A DNA stretch of 64,000 nucleotides from contig JAIMAN010000002.1 of assembly GCA_023511915.1 (NCBI GenBank), positions 13,488-77,487 on the forward strand, given 5' to 3'. How positions within the stretch are numbered: position 1 is the first letter of the stretch; every line of letters starts with the position of its first letter. Below, one piece after another: positions 35,689 through 43,779 of the stretch. Position numbers and translations under genes: made by a program. The notes below the pieces were generated by a model. It had not been told where the DNA came from. It ran no database searches and saw only the letters and a list, made by a program, of their open reading frames with translations. The DNA comes from Armatimonadota bacterium. GTDB lineage: Bacteria; Armatimonadota; Fimbriimonadia; Fimbriimonadales; GBS-DC.

Positions 35689-36645
35689 CTACGCTCCCAG
35701 GCGTTGGATGCGCTCGGCGGGCGACAGGATTTCGGTGATGCGCACGGCGAAGTTGTCTTCCACGACGACCACCTCGCCCCGCGCGATGAGTCTGCCGTTG
35801 ACCAGCACCTCGACAGGCTCGCCTGCGGCTTTTTGCAACTCGACGATAGAGCCTGTGCCGACCTCCAGCAGTTCGCGAATGAGCATCGTCACGCGCCCCA
35901 GTTCAACGGACACCTCCAGCGGGATGTCCAGCAGCAGGTCAAGGTTTTGTTCGCGGCTGTCGTCGTTGTCGGCGAAGATGTTGAACGCCGCGGGCGTTGG
36001 CGTCGGCGCGGCGGCGGGCGCGGCGGGCTCTGGCTCCATCAGCAACGACGCCAGCGGGTCGGATTCGGCAGGCTTCATGCCAAGCAACGCGCGGGCGAGG
36101 TTCTCGGTCAGCAGCCAAGTGAGTTTGAACGGCGCGCGTTCGGGAATCTGCACAGTAAACCGTGTCGCGATGACCTCGTCGACGGTCAGGAAGTTGGGCG
36201 GGAAGGCGATAGGCTCGTAGCGTGCGATGACCTGATCGGGCGTGAAGGTCTTGCTGGTGAGGTTGCCAAACGCGATTGCCAGTCCCTGCATTAGGTGCTG
36301 TCCGAAGGCTTGCGCGGCGTTGAGCGCGGCGTCGTCGATGGCGTCGGGCGCGCTGCCCAGCGTCGCTTCAAGCAGGGCGCGTTCGTTATCGGCGCGTTCG
36401 CTTGGCTGCTCGCCCACCACGAACAGGCACGGCGCGTCGCTCTGCTCGGCGAACTGCGCCTGAATGTGCAGCACAGGGTCTGCCGTCAGCCCCGTCAGGT
36501 CGCCAATCGGTACCGCGCTGGACTGCGGCGTCGGGATTTCGACCAGCGTGTTGTTCTGCTCGGACAGGTACATGGCGACGCTTTGCCAGACCTGCGCCTG
36601 CTTCACCACAAATTGCGTCAACAGTTCGGCTGAAACTTCGCTCAC
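35689..36645 (-). CDS. fliN: Flagellar motor switch protein FliN/FliY-like (long form)
   Basis: C-terminal SpoA/FliN domain (LLLDIPLEVSVELGRVTMLIRELLEVGTGSIVELQKAAGEPVEVLVNGRLIARGEVVVVEDNFAVRI). The roughly 220-aa N-terminal extension resembles FliY-type proteins. GTG start uses the GGAGGAG at the fliM 3' end as SD. Confidence 0.8.
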   Translation of the reverse strand: MSEVSAELLTQFVVKQAQVWQSVAMYLSEQNNTLVEIPTPQSSAVPIGDLTGLTADPVLHIQAQFAEQSDAPCLFVVGEQPSERADNERALLEATLGSAPDAIDDAALNAAQAFGQHLMQGLAIAFGNLTSKTFTPDQVIARYEPIAFPPNFLTVDEVIATRFTVQIPERAPFKLTWLLTENLARALLGMKPAESDPLASLLMEPEPAAPAAAPTPTPAAFNIFADNDDSREQNLDLLLDIPLEVSVELGRVTMLIRELLEVGTGSIVELQKAAGEPVEVLVNGRLIARGEVVVVEDNFAVRITEILSPAERIQRLGA

Positions 36646-36648
36646 GGT

Positions 36649-37656
36649 TCACTCCTCCGAGACGACATCGGTAATCGCGACGACCAGCCGTCGGTTGCGG
36701 ATGGCGGGCTTGCCGCGAAACTTCACACGGTTCTCTGCCAGCAGGTCGATCTTGCCGTTGACGGGCGTATCCAGCGGGATGGTGTCGCCGACCTTGAGTT
36801 GGAGCAACTCGCTCAGTCGCATGCGTGTTCTGCCCAGCCGTGCGCGGCAGGTGATAGCGGTGCGCTGCAGGTGCTGGGTCAGCATACGGCGCAGCAGGGG
36901 CGTGGTGCGCTTGCCCGCGCTGGAGACCCAGTTTTGCGAACTCAGGCGCGGCGTGATGGGCTTAATGACCATGTGGGGCACACACAGGCTCATCGCGTCG
37001 CGTCGCTCGCCAAAGCGCGCCTCCATCAGCACGGTAATCACGATGTCGCTGGGCGGGGCGATTTGCACGAACTGCGCGCTGGTCTCCAGCGTCTCGATTT
37101 TCGGGTCAACCTGCAGGATGCTCTCCCACGCGCTGCGGTACGCCATCAGCATCCGTTCGGCGAGCGCGAGTACCAGCGGCTTCTCGATCTCGGTGAAGGC
37201 GTTGCGCTCAATCGGCTTGCCCATCCCACCCAGCAGGCGGTCGAGCATGGTGAACACGAGCGCGAACTCCATCTCCAGCACCGCCTCGCCCGACAGCGGC
37301 GGCGCGCTGAACACGATAAACGCCGACTGCTTGAGCGAGCGCAGGTAGTCCTCGTAGGGGATTTGCTCCAGCGAAATAAGTTCGATATGCACGGGCGTGC
37401 GCAGGTAGGTGGCGAGGTTGGTTGAGCAGAGCCGTGCGAAGGTCTCGAACACCATCTGCAGGGTGCGCAGTTGGTCGCGCGAGAACTTGTCGGGGCGACG
37501 GAAGTCGTAGACCTCATAGGAGATCGGCTTGCGGGGGGTTCCCATCCCGCCCACAGGCGCGGCGACGGGCGCGCCGAAGTCGCCGCCTGCGCTCTCTTCC
37601 GAGCCAAGCGACGCCAGAAGCGCCTCGATCTCCGCCTGTGATAGAATCTCGCTCAA
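36649..37656 (-). CDS. fliM: Flagellar motor switch protein FliM
   Basis: N-terminal CheY-P-binding peptide SEILSQAEIEALL, then YDFRRPDKFSRDQLRTLQMVFETFAR and a C-terminal SpoA-like domain. TTG start with SD GGGAGG 8 nt upstream. Confidence 0.9.
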   Translation of the reverse strand: MSEILSQAEIEALLASLGSEESAGGDFGAPVAAPVGGMGTPRKPISYEVYDFRRPDKFSRDQLRTLQMVFETFARLCSTNLATYLRTPVHIELISLEQIPYEDYLRSLKQSAFIVFSAPPLSGEAVLEMEFALVFTMLDRLLGGMGKPIERNAFTEIEKPLVLALAERMLMAYRSAWESILQVDPKIETLETSAQFVQIAPPSDIVITVLMEARFGERRDAMSLCVPHMVIKPITPRLSSQNWVSSAGKRTTPLLRRMLTQHLQRTAITCRARLGRTRMRLSELLQLKVGDTIPLDTPVNGKIDLLAENRVKFRGKPAIRNRRLVVAITDVVSEE

Positions 37657-37689
37657 TCCGTTCGCCTCCCGCTGGACATTCGCGCGAAA

Positions 37690-37697
37690 TTATCGGC
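37690..37697 (-). promoter_or_regulatory. Candidate sigma-28 (FliA)-type -10 element GCCGATAA upstream of fliM
   Basis: Exact 8-mer GCCGATAA on the fliM sense strand, 33 nt before the TTG start. A CAAA lies 14 nt upstream (consensus TAAA-N15). Confidence 0.3.
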
Positions 37698-37739
37698 ACG
37701 CGCAGGCGGTTTTTGCAGATATGGAATAACCCCCATGCC

Positions 37740-39863
37740 ATGCGTATCAGGGCGCGTTTTGGGGGAGTCGTCGCGTGGGTATTGGGCGCGACCAGCCTGC
37801 TGTGGGGACAGCAGGTGTATTGGCTGGGCGCGCTCGGCGGCGACTGGAGCGAAGTGGGCGCCGTCGCGGCGAACGGCATGACGGTCGTGGGCGAGGCGAC
37901 GCTGAGCAACGGCGAGAGCCGCGCCTTCCGCTGGACGCCCACAAGCGGGATGCAAAACTTGGGCACGCTCGGCGGACGCTGGAGCGCGGCGACCGCTGTG
38001 TCGGCGGACGGGAGCGTTATTGCAGGCTCGTCGGAGAATGCAAGCGGGGCGTACCTGGCGTTCCGCTGGACACAAGCGGGCGGGATGCAAACCATCGGCT
38101 CGCTCGGCGGCATGTGGAGCGAGGTGAACGCTATCTCGGCGGACGGACAGGTGATTGTGGGCGTGTCGGAGGATGGGCAGGGCAATCTCCGAGCGTTCCG
38201 CTGGACACAAGCGGGCGGGATGCAGAATCTGGGCATTCTGAGCGGCGGAACCTACAGCGAGGCGAAGTATGTCTCCAGCGACGGCAGCGTGGTCGTGGGC
38301 GACGCGGACCTAAACGACGGGAGCCTGCGCGCCTTCCGCTGGACACAAGCGGGCGGGATGCAGAACTTGGGCACGCTGGGGGGCAACTGGAGCAGCGTCA
38401 CGGGCATCTCGGCGGACGGGCAGGTGATTGTGGGCGTGTCGGAGGACGCGCAGGGCAACCTGCGGGCGTTCCGCTGGACACAAGCGGGCGGGATGCAAGA
38501 CTTAGGCGCGTTGGGCGGCGGCTACAGCAGCGCGACGGGCGTGTCGTCAGACGGGAGCGTTGTGTACGGCAACGCGGCAGACGCCGATGGCAACTTGTTG
38601 GCGGCGCGCTGGAGCAGCGGCGGGGTGCAGAGCCTCGGCTCGCTCGGCGGCGCATGGAGCGTGATTCAGCACGGCACGCGCGGCGGGCGCATGCTGGTCG
38701 GCGGCGCGGAGAACACGCAGGGGCAACTGCGCGCCGTGCTATGGACGGAAAATAGCGGGATGGTGAACCTGAGCCAACGCTACAGTTCGCTGCTGAGCGC
38801 GGGGTCGTTTTTGGAGGACGCGCAGTTTGTGTCGGAGACGCGGCGGTTCGTGGTCGGGCGCGGCTACAACGCGCAGCGCCAACGCTACGAGCCGTTCGTG
38901 CTGGACATGGGCGCGGAGTGGATCGGGCGACTGCACTGGCTGGGCACACTGGGCGGGCGCGCGAGCATGGCGGTGGGCGTCTCGGACAGCGGCGTGGTGG
39001 TCGGTTCCAGCCAAGACGCGGCGGGACGCTGGCGCGCCTTCCGCTGGACACAAGCGGGCGGCATGCAGCCGCTCGGCGTGCTGGGCACGCTCGCAGGCAG
39101 CTACGCGACGGGCGTCTCCAGCGACGGCGCCCGCATCAGCGGCTACTGCACGGACAGCGCGGGGCGCACCTTCGCGTTCCTGTGGCAGAACGGGCAGATG
39201 CAGACGCTGCCGACTCTGATTGGCACGGGCAACAGTATGGCGACCGCTGTGAGTGGGAACGCCGTCACGGGCACAACGCGCAACGGCAGCGGGCGCTGGC
39301 AAGCCGTGCTGTGGAACGCGCTGAACTTGCCTGCATCGCTGGGCACGCTGGGCGGGCGCGACTGCTACGCTACGGCGCTGTCGGCAGATGGAAGCACGGT
39401 GGTCGGCTACGGCGCGGACGCTTCGGGCAACCTACGCGCCTTCCGCTGGACATACACGGGCGGCATGCAGGCGTTGGGCACGCTCGGCGGGCGCGAGAGC
39501 ATCGCCTACGGCGTCTCGGCGGACAGCAGGTTCATCGTGGGCGTGAGCCGAAACGCATCGGGACGCTGGCAGGGCTTCCGCTGGAGCCAATCCGACGGCA
39601 TGCGTGCGTTGGGGCTGATTACCGCGCGCGCGGTTTCGGCGGACGGCGCAACGATTGTTGGTTCGGGAGGCGGCGCAGCGATGCTCTGGGACAGCCTCGG
39701 CGGGCTGCGCCCGTTGCAGCAAGAGTACGCGGGACTGCTCAGCGCGGGCAGCACGCTGATAGACGCCTACGCCATCTCGCCCAGCGGACGCTACATCGTC
39801 GGCTTCGGCTACAACGCCCAGACACGCCGACGCGAGGCGTTCCTGCTGGACACCGCCCCGTAG
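37740..39863 (+). CDS. Exported HAF-family repeat protein (about 13 repeats in two roughly 350-aa half-units)
   Basis: Signal peptide MRIRARFGGVVAWVLGATSLLWGQQ. Repeats of the type LRAFRWTQAGGMQNLGTLGG.WS.v.gISADGqVIVG. The track ORF start at 37422 overlaps fliM and was rejected. Confidence 0.8.
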   Translation: MRIRARFGGVVAWVLGATSLLWGQQVYWLGALGGDWSEVGAVAANGMTVVGEATLSNGESRAFRWTPTSGMQNLGTLGGRWSAATAVSADGSVIAGSSENASGAYLAFRWTQAGGMQTIGSLGGMWSEVNAISADGQVIVGVSEDGQGNLRAFRWTQAGGMQNLGILSGGTYSEAKYVSSDGSVVVGDADLNDGSLRAFRWTQAGGMQNLGTLGGNWSSVTGISADGQVIVGVSEDAQGNLRAFRWTQAGGMQDLGALGGGYSSATGVSSDGSVVYGNAADADGNLLAARWSSGGVQSLGSLGGAWSVIQHGTRGGRMLVGGAENTQGQLRAVLWTENSGMVNLSQRYSSLLSAGSFLEDAQFVSETRRFVVGRGYNAQRQRYEPFVLDMGAEWIGRLHWLGTLGGRASMAVGVSDSGVVVGSSQDAAGRWRAFRWTQAGGMQPLGVLGTLAGSYATGVSSDGARISGYCTDSAGRTFAFLWQNGQMQTLPTLIGTGNSMATAVSGNAVTGTTRNGSGRWQAVLWNALNLPASLGTLGGRDCYATALSADGSTVVGYGADASGNLRAFRWTYTGGMQALGTLGGRESIAYGVSADSRFIVGVSRNASGRWQGFRWSQSDGMRALGLITARAVSADGATIVGSGGGAAMLWDSLGGLRPLQQEYAGLLSAGSTLIDAYAISPSGRYIVGFGYNAQTRRREAFLLDTAP
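37920..39600 (+). repeat. Intragenic tandem repeats of 135-138 bp inside the HAF gene
   Basis: The core TTCCGCTGGAC recurs at 38061, 38196, 38334, 38469, 39039 and 39441 (variants at 37926 and 39576). In five of these it extends to the near-identical TTCCGCTGGACACAAGCGGGCGG(G/C)ATGCA. Spacing in the first block is 135/138/135 bp. Confidence 0.85.
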
Positions 39864-39900
39864 CAGGAACTTTCGGCGCGCAGGGGAATCCTACAATTCC

Positions 39901-41139
39901 ATGCGAGCCGTATGGGTGATTGCGCTATTGGGGTTGCTGCTCGGGCGCGGGCTGACACAGGAGTCGCCCAAGCCGCCTGCGAACGAGAAGCCCGCCGCGC
40001 CGCGCGAAACGACCCTGAGTTTCGCGGGGGAAGGGGAGCGCTGGTGGTGGACGGAGAGCGCGAAAGGCGAGCCGCTCAGCCCGCCCCAGAAGACCAGCGA
40101 CGCCTCCGTCGCGATTAAACTACCCGCAGACGCCGACGCGCTTTGGGTCTACGACGCCAAGACGGGCAACCTCGCCCAGCTCAAGGTCGCCGACCTCAAG
40201 GAGAAGACCGAGCTGACCAGCGACCGATTCAGCCATGTGGCGCGGGTGCAGGTGAACCTGCAGGCGCAGGGCAAGCCCGTCGCCAGCGCGGTGGTGCAAC
40301 TCACCGACGCTAACGGCACGACGCACACGCGCGTGCTGGAGCCATCGGCGGAGGGCGTCCTGATTTTCGAGCGCGTGCCGCTGGGCAAGGTGTCCATCAC
40401 GGCGCGCTACGGCGACGAGGGCAAAGCCTCGCAGGAGACCACGCTGAAAGCCGAGCGGGAGACGCGCGTGCCGATTATCGAACTCGCGCTGAGCGGGAGC
40501 GTCGCCACGCTGGAGGTCGCGCCGAAGGGCAGGGAAGGGCAGGGCGACGCCGAGACGCCCCAAGCCAGTCGGATTGGTACAATCGTGATGTTTGTGATTG
40601 CGCTCGCGCTGGCAATCGGGGTCATCGTGTTTCTGGTGCGCTTGGCGACGCAGAAGCCGCAGCAACTGGGCGAGGCGATGGGCAAACTTGGCGTGGAACT
40701 GCCGCAGCCGACCCCAGCAGGGCAGGGGAGTGGGGCAACCGCCGCGCTCGCCGCGCCGCCGATGCCCGACCTGCCGCCGCTGGAGAGCGCGGGCGTAGAC
40801 CCCACGGCTGCCCCAATCGGCGCGACGGCGACCGTAATCGCTGTGGGACCCGCAACGCGCATCGTCGCCACGCAGGGACCCTACGCGGGGCAGGCGTTCG
40901 AACTCACGGGCGATTTGATGACTATCGGGCGCGACGCTGCCCAAGCCATCGCGCTGGTGAACGATATGGGCGTGAGCCGCACGCACGCGCAAATCATCCG
41001 CCAAGGCGACCAGACGCTGATTGAAGACCTCGGCAGCACGAACGGAACCTATGTGAACGGGGTGCGCATCAGCGCGCCGACGCCCATCAAGCCTGGCGAC
41101 ACGCTCCAACTGGGCGCAAGCCTGTTCCGTGTGGAGTAG
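39901..41139 (+). CDS. Single-pass membrane protein: exported Ig/CarboxypepD_reg-like domain, TM, cytoplasmic FHA domain
   Basis: Signal peptide, TM IGTIVMFVIALALAIGVIVFLV, and C-terminal FHA (MTIGRD...VSRTHAQI...LEDLGSTNGTYVNG). Confidence 0.8.
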   Translation: MRAVWVIALLGLLLGRGLTQESPKPPANEKPAAPRETTLSFAGEGERWWWTESAKGEPLSPPQKTSDASVAIKLPADADALWVYDAKTGNLAQLKVADLKEKTELTSDRFSHVARVQVNLQAQGKPVASAVVQLTDANGTTHTRVLEPSAEGVLIFERVPLGKVSITARYGDEGKASQETTLKAERETRVPIIELALSGSVATLEVAPKGREGQGDAETPQASRIGTIVMFVIALALAIGVIVFLVRLATQKPQQLGEAMGKLGVELPQPTPAGQGSGATAALAAPPMPDLPPLESAGVDPTAAPIGATATVIAVGPATRIVATQGPYAGQAFELTGDLMTIGRDAAQAIALVNDMGVSRTHAQIIRQGDQTLIEDLGSTNGTYVNGVRISAPTPIKPGDTLQLGASLFRVE

Positions 41140-41141
41140 CG

Positions 41142-42527
41142 ATGGTCAGCAAGCTGTTCTATCTGATGGTGTTCGGCGCGGTGGGCGGCGTGCTTGCCTG
41201 GTTCGTGAACGAGCCGTTTATGAACGACGACATCCGCCGAACGGTGGACTGGGGCGAGCTTGCACGGTTTGGCTCAACTTCAGGGCTGCTGATTGGCGCG
41301 ATGATTGGGCTGGCGACGGGTCTGTCGCTGGGCACGGGCAAGCATATCATCCGCGCGGTCGGGCTCGGCGCGGGTGTGGGTGCGATTGGCGGCTGGGTGG
41401 GGGTGACCATCGGGCAGATTTTGTTCGGCGTACTCGGTGCTACTGTGCCGTTTCTGGGGCTGATTGTGGGGCGCATCCTCGGTTGGAGCGCGTTCGGGGC
41501 GTTGATTGGGGTGTCGGAGGGGCTGATTGCGCGCTCGCCGAAGCGGATGCGCAACGGGTTGTTAGGCGGCGCGATTGGCGGGGCGTTGGGCGGCGCGCTG
41601 TTCGATTTTCTGGCGTTCACGATTGGCTCGGTGTTCGGCTTCGCGCTGCGTGCGGAGGGTGAGGCGGGCGCGCCGTCCCGCGCGGTCGGGCTTACACTCA
41701 TCGGCGCGGGGATTGGGCTGTTCATCGGGCTGCTGGAGTGGCTCACCCGCGCGGCGTGGGTGCGCGTGCTGTATGGGCGCAACGAGGGCAAGGACTACCC
41801 GATTGACCGCGACGGGGCGTATCTGGGACGCGACGAGTTGGCGGATGTGCCCCTGCGCGGCGACCCGCAGGTTGCTCCACGCCACGCTGAGATACGCATG
41901 GACGGCGGCGGCTATGTGCTGATCCCGCTCGCGCCGATGGCGGTCAACGGGCAGCCGATTAACGCGCCTGTGGAACTCAACGACGGCGACCTGCTGCAGA
42001 TTGCTTCGTTTCAGGCGCAGTTCCAGTTGCGCGAGGGTCAAGTGGCGCGTTTGCCGCGCGATGTGGTACGCTCGCCGTTGCCGCCCCCGCCGCCGACGCC
42101 GCCAGGCGTGTGCCCCTACTGCGGGCAACGGCAAGACCCGCTGACAGGCGCGTGTGCCTGCATGCCCACAGCGACGCCCCCGTCCCTGACACCGACACAT
42201 GGCTACCCGCCCGCGCCTGCTGCAGGCGGCGTCGCCGTCGCGCAAGCCACAACGCTGGTGGGCATCGACGGCGCATACGCAGGGCAACGCATCGCTGTCC
42301 CACCCGCAGGGCTGACCATCGGGCGTGAGACAGACAACATGCTGACAATCCCCGACCCGTCGGTCAGCCGCCATCACGCGCGTCTCGCCTACGAAAACGG
42401 CGCGCTGGTGATCTACGACTTGGGCAGCACCAACGGCGTCTATGTTAACGAGCAGCGCGTCAGCAAGCAGTCGTTGCGGGCAGGCGACATCGTGCGCTTC
42501 GGCGGGGCGCGATTCCGCATCGAGTAG
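41142..42527 (+). CDS. Polytopic membrane protein with two cytoplasmic FHA domains and a Cys4 ribbon
   Basis: Gly-rich multi-TM N-terminus. FHA-1 (YLGRDELADVPLRGDPQVAPRHAEI), then CPYCGQRQDPLTGACAC, then FHA-2 (TIGRETDN...VSRHHARL...DLGSTNGVYVNE). Starts 2 nt after the previous gene. Confidence 0.8.
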   Translation: MVSKLFYLMVFGAVGGVLAWFVNEPFMNDDIRRTVDWGELARFGSTSGLLIGAMIGLATGLSLGTGKHIIRAVGLGAGVGAIGGWVGVTIGQILFGVLGATVPFLGLIVGRILGWSAFGALIGVSEGLIARSPKRMRNGLLGGAIGGALGGALFDFLAFTIGSVFGFALRAEGEAGAPSRAVGLTLIGAGIGLFIGLLEWLTRAAWVRVLYGRNEGKDYPIDRDGAYLGRDELADVPLRGDPQVAPRHAEIRMDGGGYVLIPLAPMAVNGQPINAPVELNDGDLLQIASFQAQFQLREGQVARLPRDVVRSPLPPPPPTPPGVCPYCGQRQDPLTGACACMPTATPPSLTPTHGYPPAPAAGGVAVAQATTLVGIDGAYAGQRIAVPPAGLTIGRETDNMLTIPDPSVSRHHARLAYENGALVIYDLGSTNGVYVNEQRVSKQSLRAGDIVRFGGARFRIE

Positions 42528-42529
42528 GG

Positions 42530-42535
42530 TACACT
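42530..42535 (+). promoter_or_regulatory. -10 box (GGGTACACT) 9 nt upstream of nagA ATG 42545; probable leaderless transcript
   Basis: The box starts 3 nt after the upstream stop. No SD is present. Confidence 0.4.
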
Positions 42536-42544
42536 ATCCCCCGC

Positions 42545-43747
42545 ATGGCGTTTCGGATTTACTGTGGCGCGCTGGTGACGGATGGGCAACGCTACCCGCA
42601 CCGCGCGCTGGTGGTGGACAAAGGACGGATTGTCGCGTGGGAGGCGTATGACCCCGCCCAAGTGGGGCGCATCGAGCCGCCCGATGTAGACGCACGCAAC
42701 CTGATTGCGCTGCCAGGCATTATCGACCTGCATGTGCATGGCGGCTTCGGGCGCGATATGATGGAGGGCACGCCCGACGCGATTCGCGCGATTGCCCAAC
42801 GGCTTGCCCAGCACGGCGTCACGGGGTTTCTGGTGACCCCGCTGACCGCCCCGTGGTCGGCGATTCGGCAGTGCCTCGAGGCGGCGGGAGAGACGCGCTG
42901 GAACGGTTCGGGCGGCGCGCGCATGCTGGGCTGCCATATGGAGGGTCCCTTCATCAACCCCAAGCGCGCGGGCGCGCAGCCCCCAGAGCATATTCGCCCC
43001 CCAAGCGTGCGTGAGCTAAAGACCGAGCTGGGCACATTAATTAATGAGTTGCGCGTCGTGACACTTGCACCTGAACTGGAGGGCGCGCGAGAGGTGGTGG
43101 AGTTTCTGACGCAGGAGGGTGTGATTGTCTCCCTCGGGCACAGCGACGCGACCTACGAGCAGACCGTGCAAGCCATCGAGTGGGGCGCACGGCACGCTAC
43201 GCACACCTTCAACGCCATGCGCCCGTTCCAGCATCGCGATCCGGGACTGGCGGGCGCGGTGATGCTGCACGACGAACTGACCGCCGAGATCATCTGGGAC
43301 AATGTGCATACCCATGCGGCGACAGCGCAGTTGCTGATCAAGGCGAAGGGCGCAACGCGCGTGATTTGCGTCTCGGACGGCGCGACGGGCGTCGGGATGC
43401 CCGACGGCTACACCTTCGAATTATGGGGGCATCGCGCGGTGGTGCGGGACGGCGCGGCGCGGATGGTCGAAACGGGCGGCTTGGCAGGCAGCGTCGTCGC
43501 GATGGACGCCTGCCTGCGCCACTGCGCCCAGACGCTGGGGCTGGAAGTCGCCTCGCTGGTGTGCGCGGCGAACCCCGCCCGCGCACTCGGCTACGAGACG
43601 GATTTAGGCACGCTGCGCGCGGGCGCGTGCGCCGATGTGATCCTCTGGAACCCGCACACGCAAAAAGTGGAGTATACTTATATCGACGGCGTTTTGCACG
43701 AGTCGCAACCGCTGTCGGCAGGAGTCTCTGAGCCTGCCACGAAGTAG
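42545..43747 (+). CDS. nagA: N-acetylglucosamine-6-phosphate deacetylase
   Basis: Amidohydrolase signature IIDLHVHGGFGRD, SLGHSDA, and HTFNAM. Confidence 0.85.
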   Translation: MAFRIYCGALVTDGQRYPHRALVVDKGRIVAWEAYDPAQVGRIEPPDVDARNLIALPGIIDLHVHGGFGRDMMEGTPDAIRAIAQRLAQHGVTGFLVTPLTAPWSAIRQCLEAAGETRWNGSGGARMLGCHMEGPFINPKRAGAQPPEHIRPPSVRELKTELGTLINELRVVTLAPELEGAREVVEFLTQEGVIVSLGHSDATYEQTVQAIEWGARHATHTFNAMRPFQHRDPGLAGAVMLHDELTAEIIWDNVHTHAATAQLLIKAKGATRVICVSDGATGVGMPDGYTFELWGHRAVVRDGAARMVETGGLAGSVVAMDACLRHCAQTLGLEVASLVCAANPARALGYETDLGTLRAGACADVILWNPHTQKVEYTYIDGVLHESQPLSAGVSEPATK

Positions 43748-43779
43748 AGCAATCAGCCCTGAAGGAGGTCCGTGAAACC

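Noticed and set aside
37422-37739. N-terminal 106-aa extension of the HAF-repeat ORF
   Set aside because: It overlaps fliM on the opposite strand and is Arg/Pro-rich. A proper signal peptide begins at ATG 37740.
37775-39919. Alternative-frame ORFs inside the HAF gene (37775-38755, 38918-39919, 38398-39051 and others)
   Set aside because: They are by-products of the GC-rich tandem repeats. Only the 37740 frame gives the regular HAF repeat with a signal peptide.
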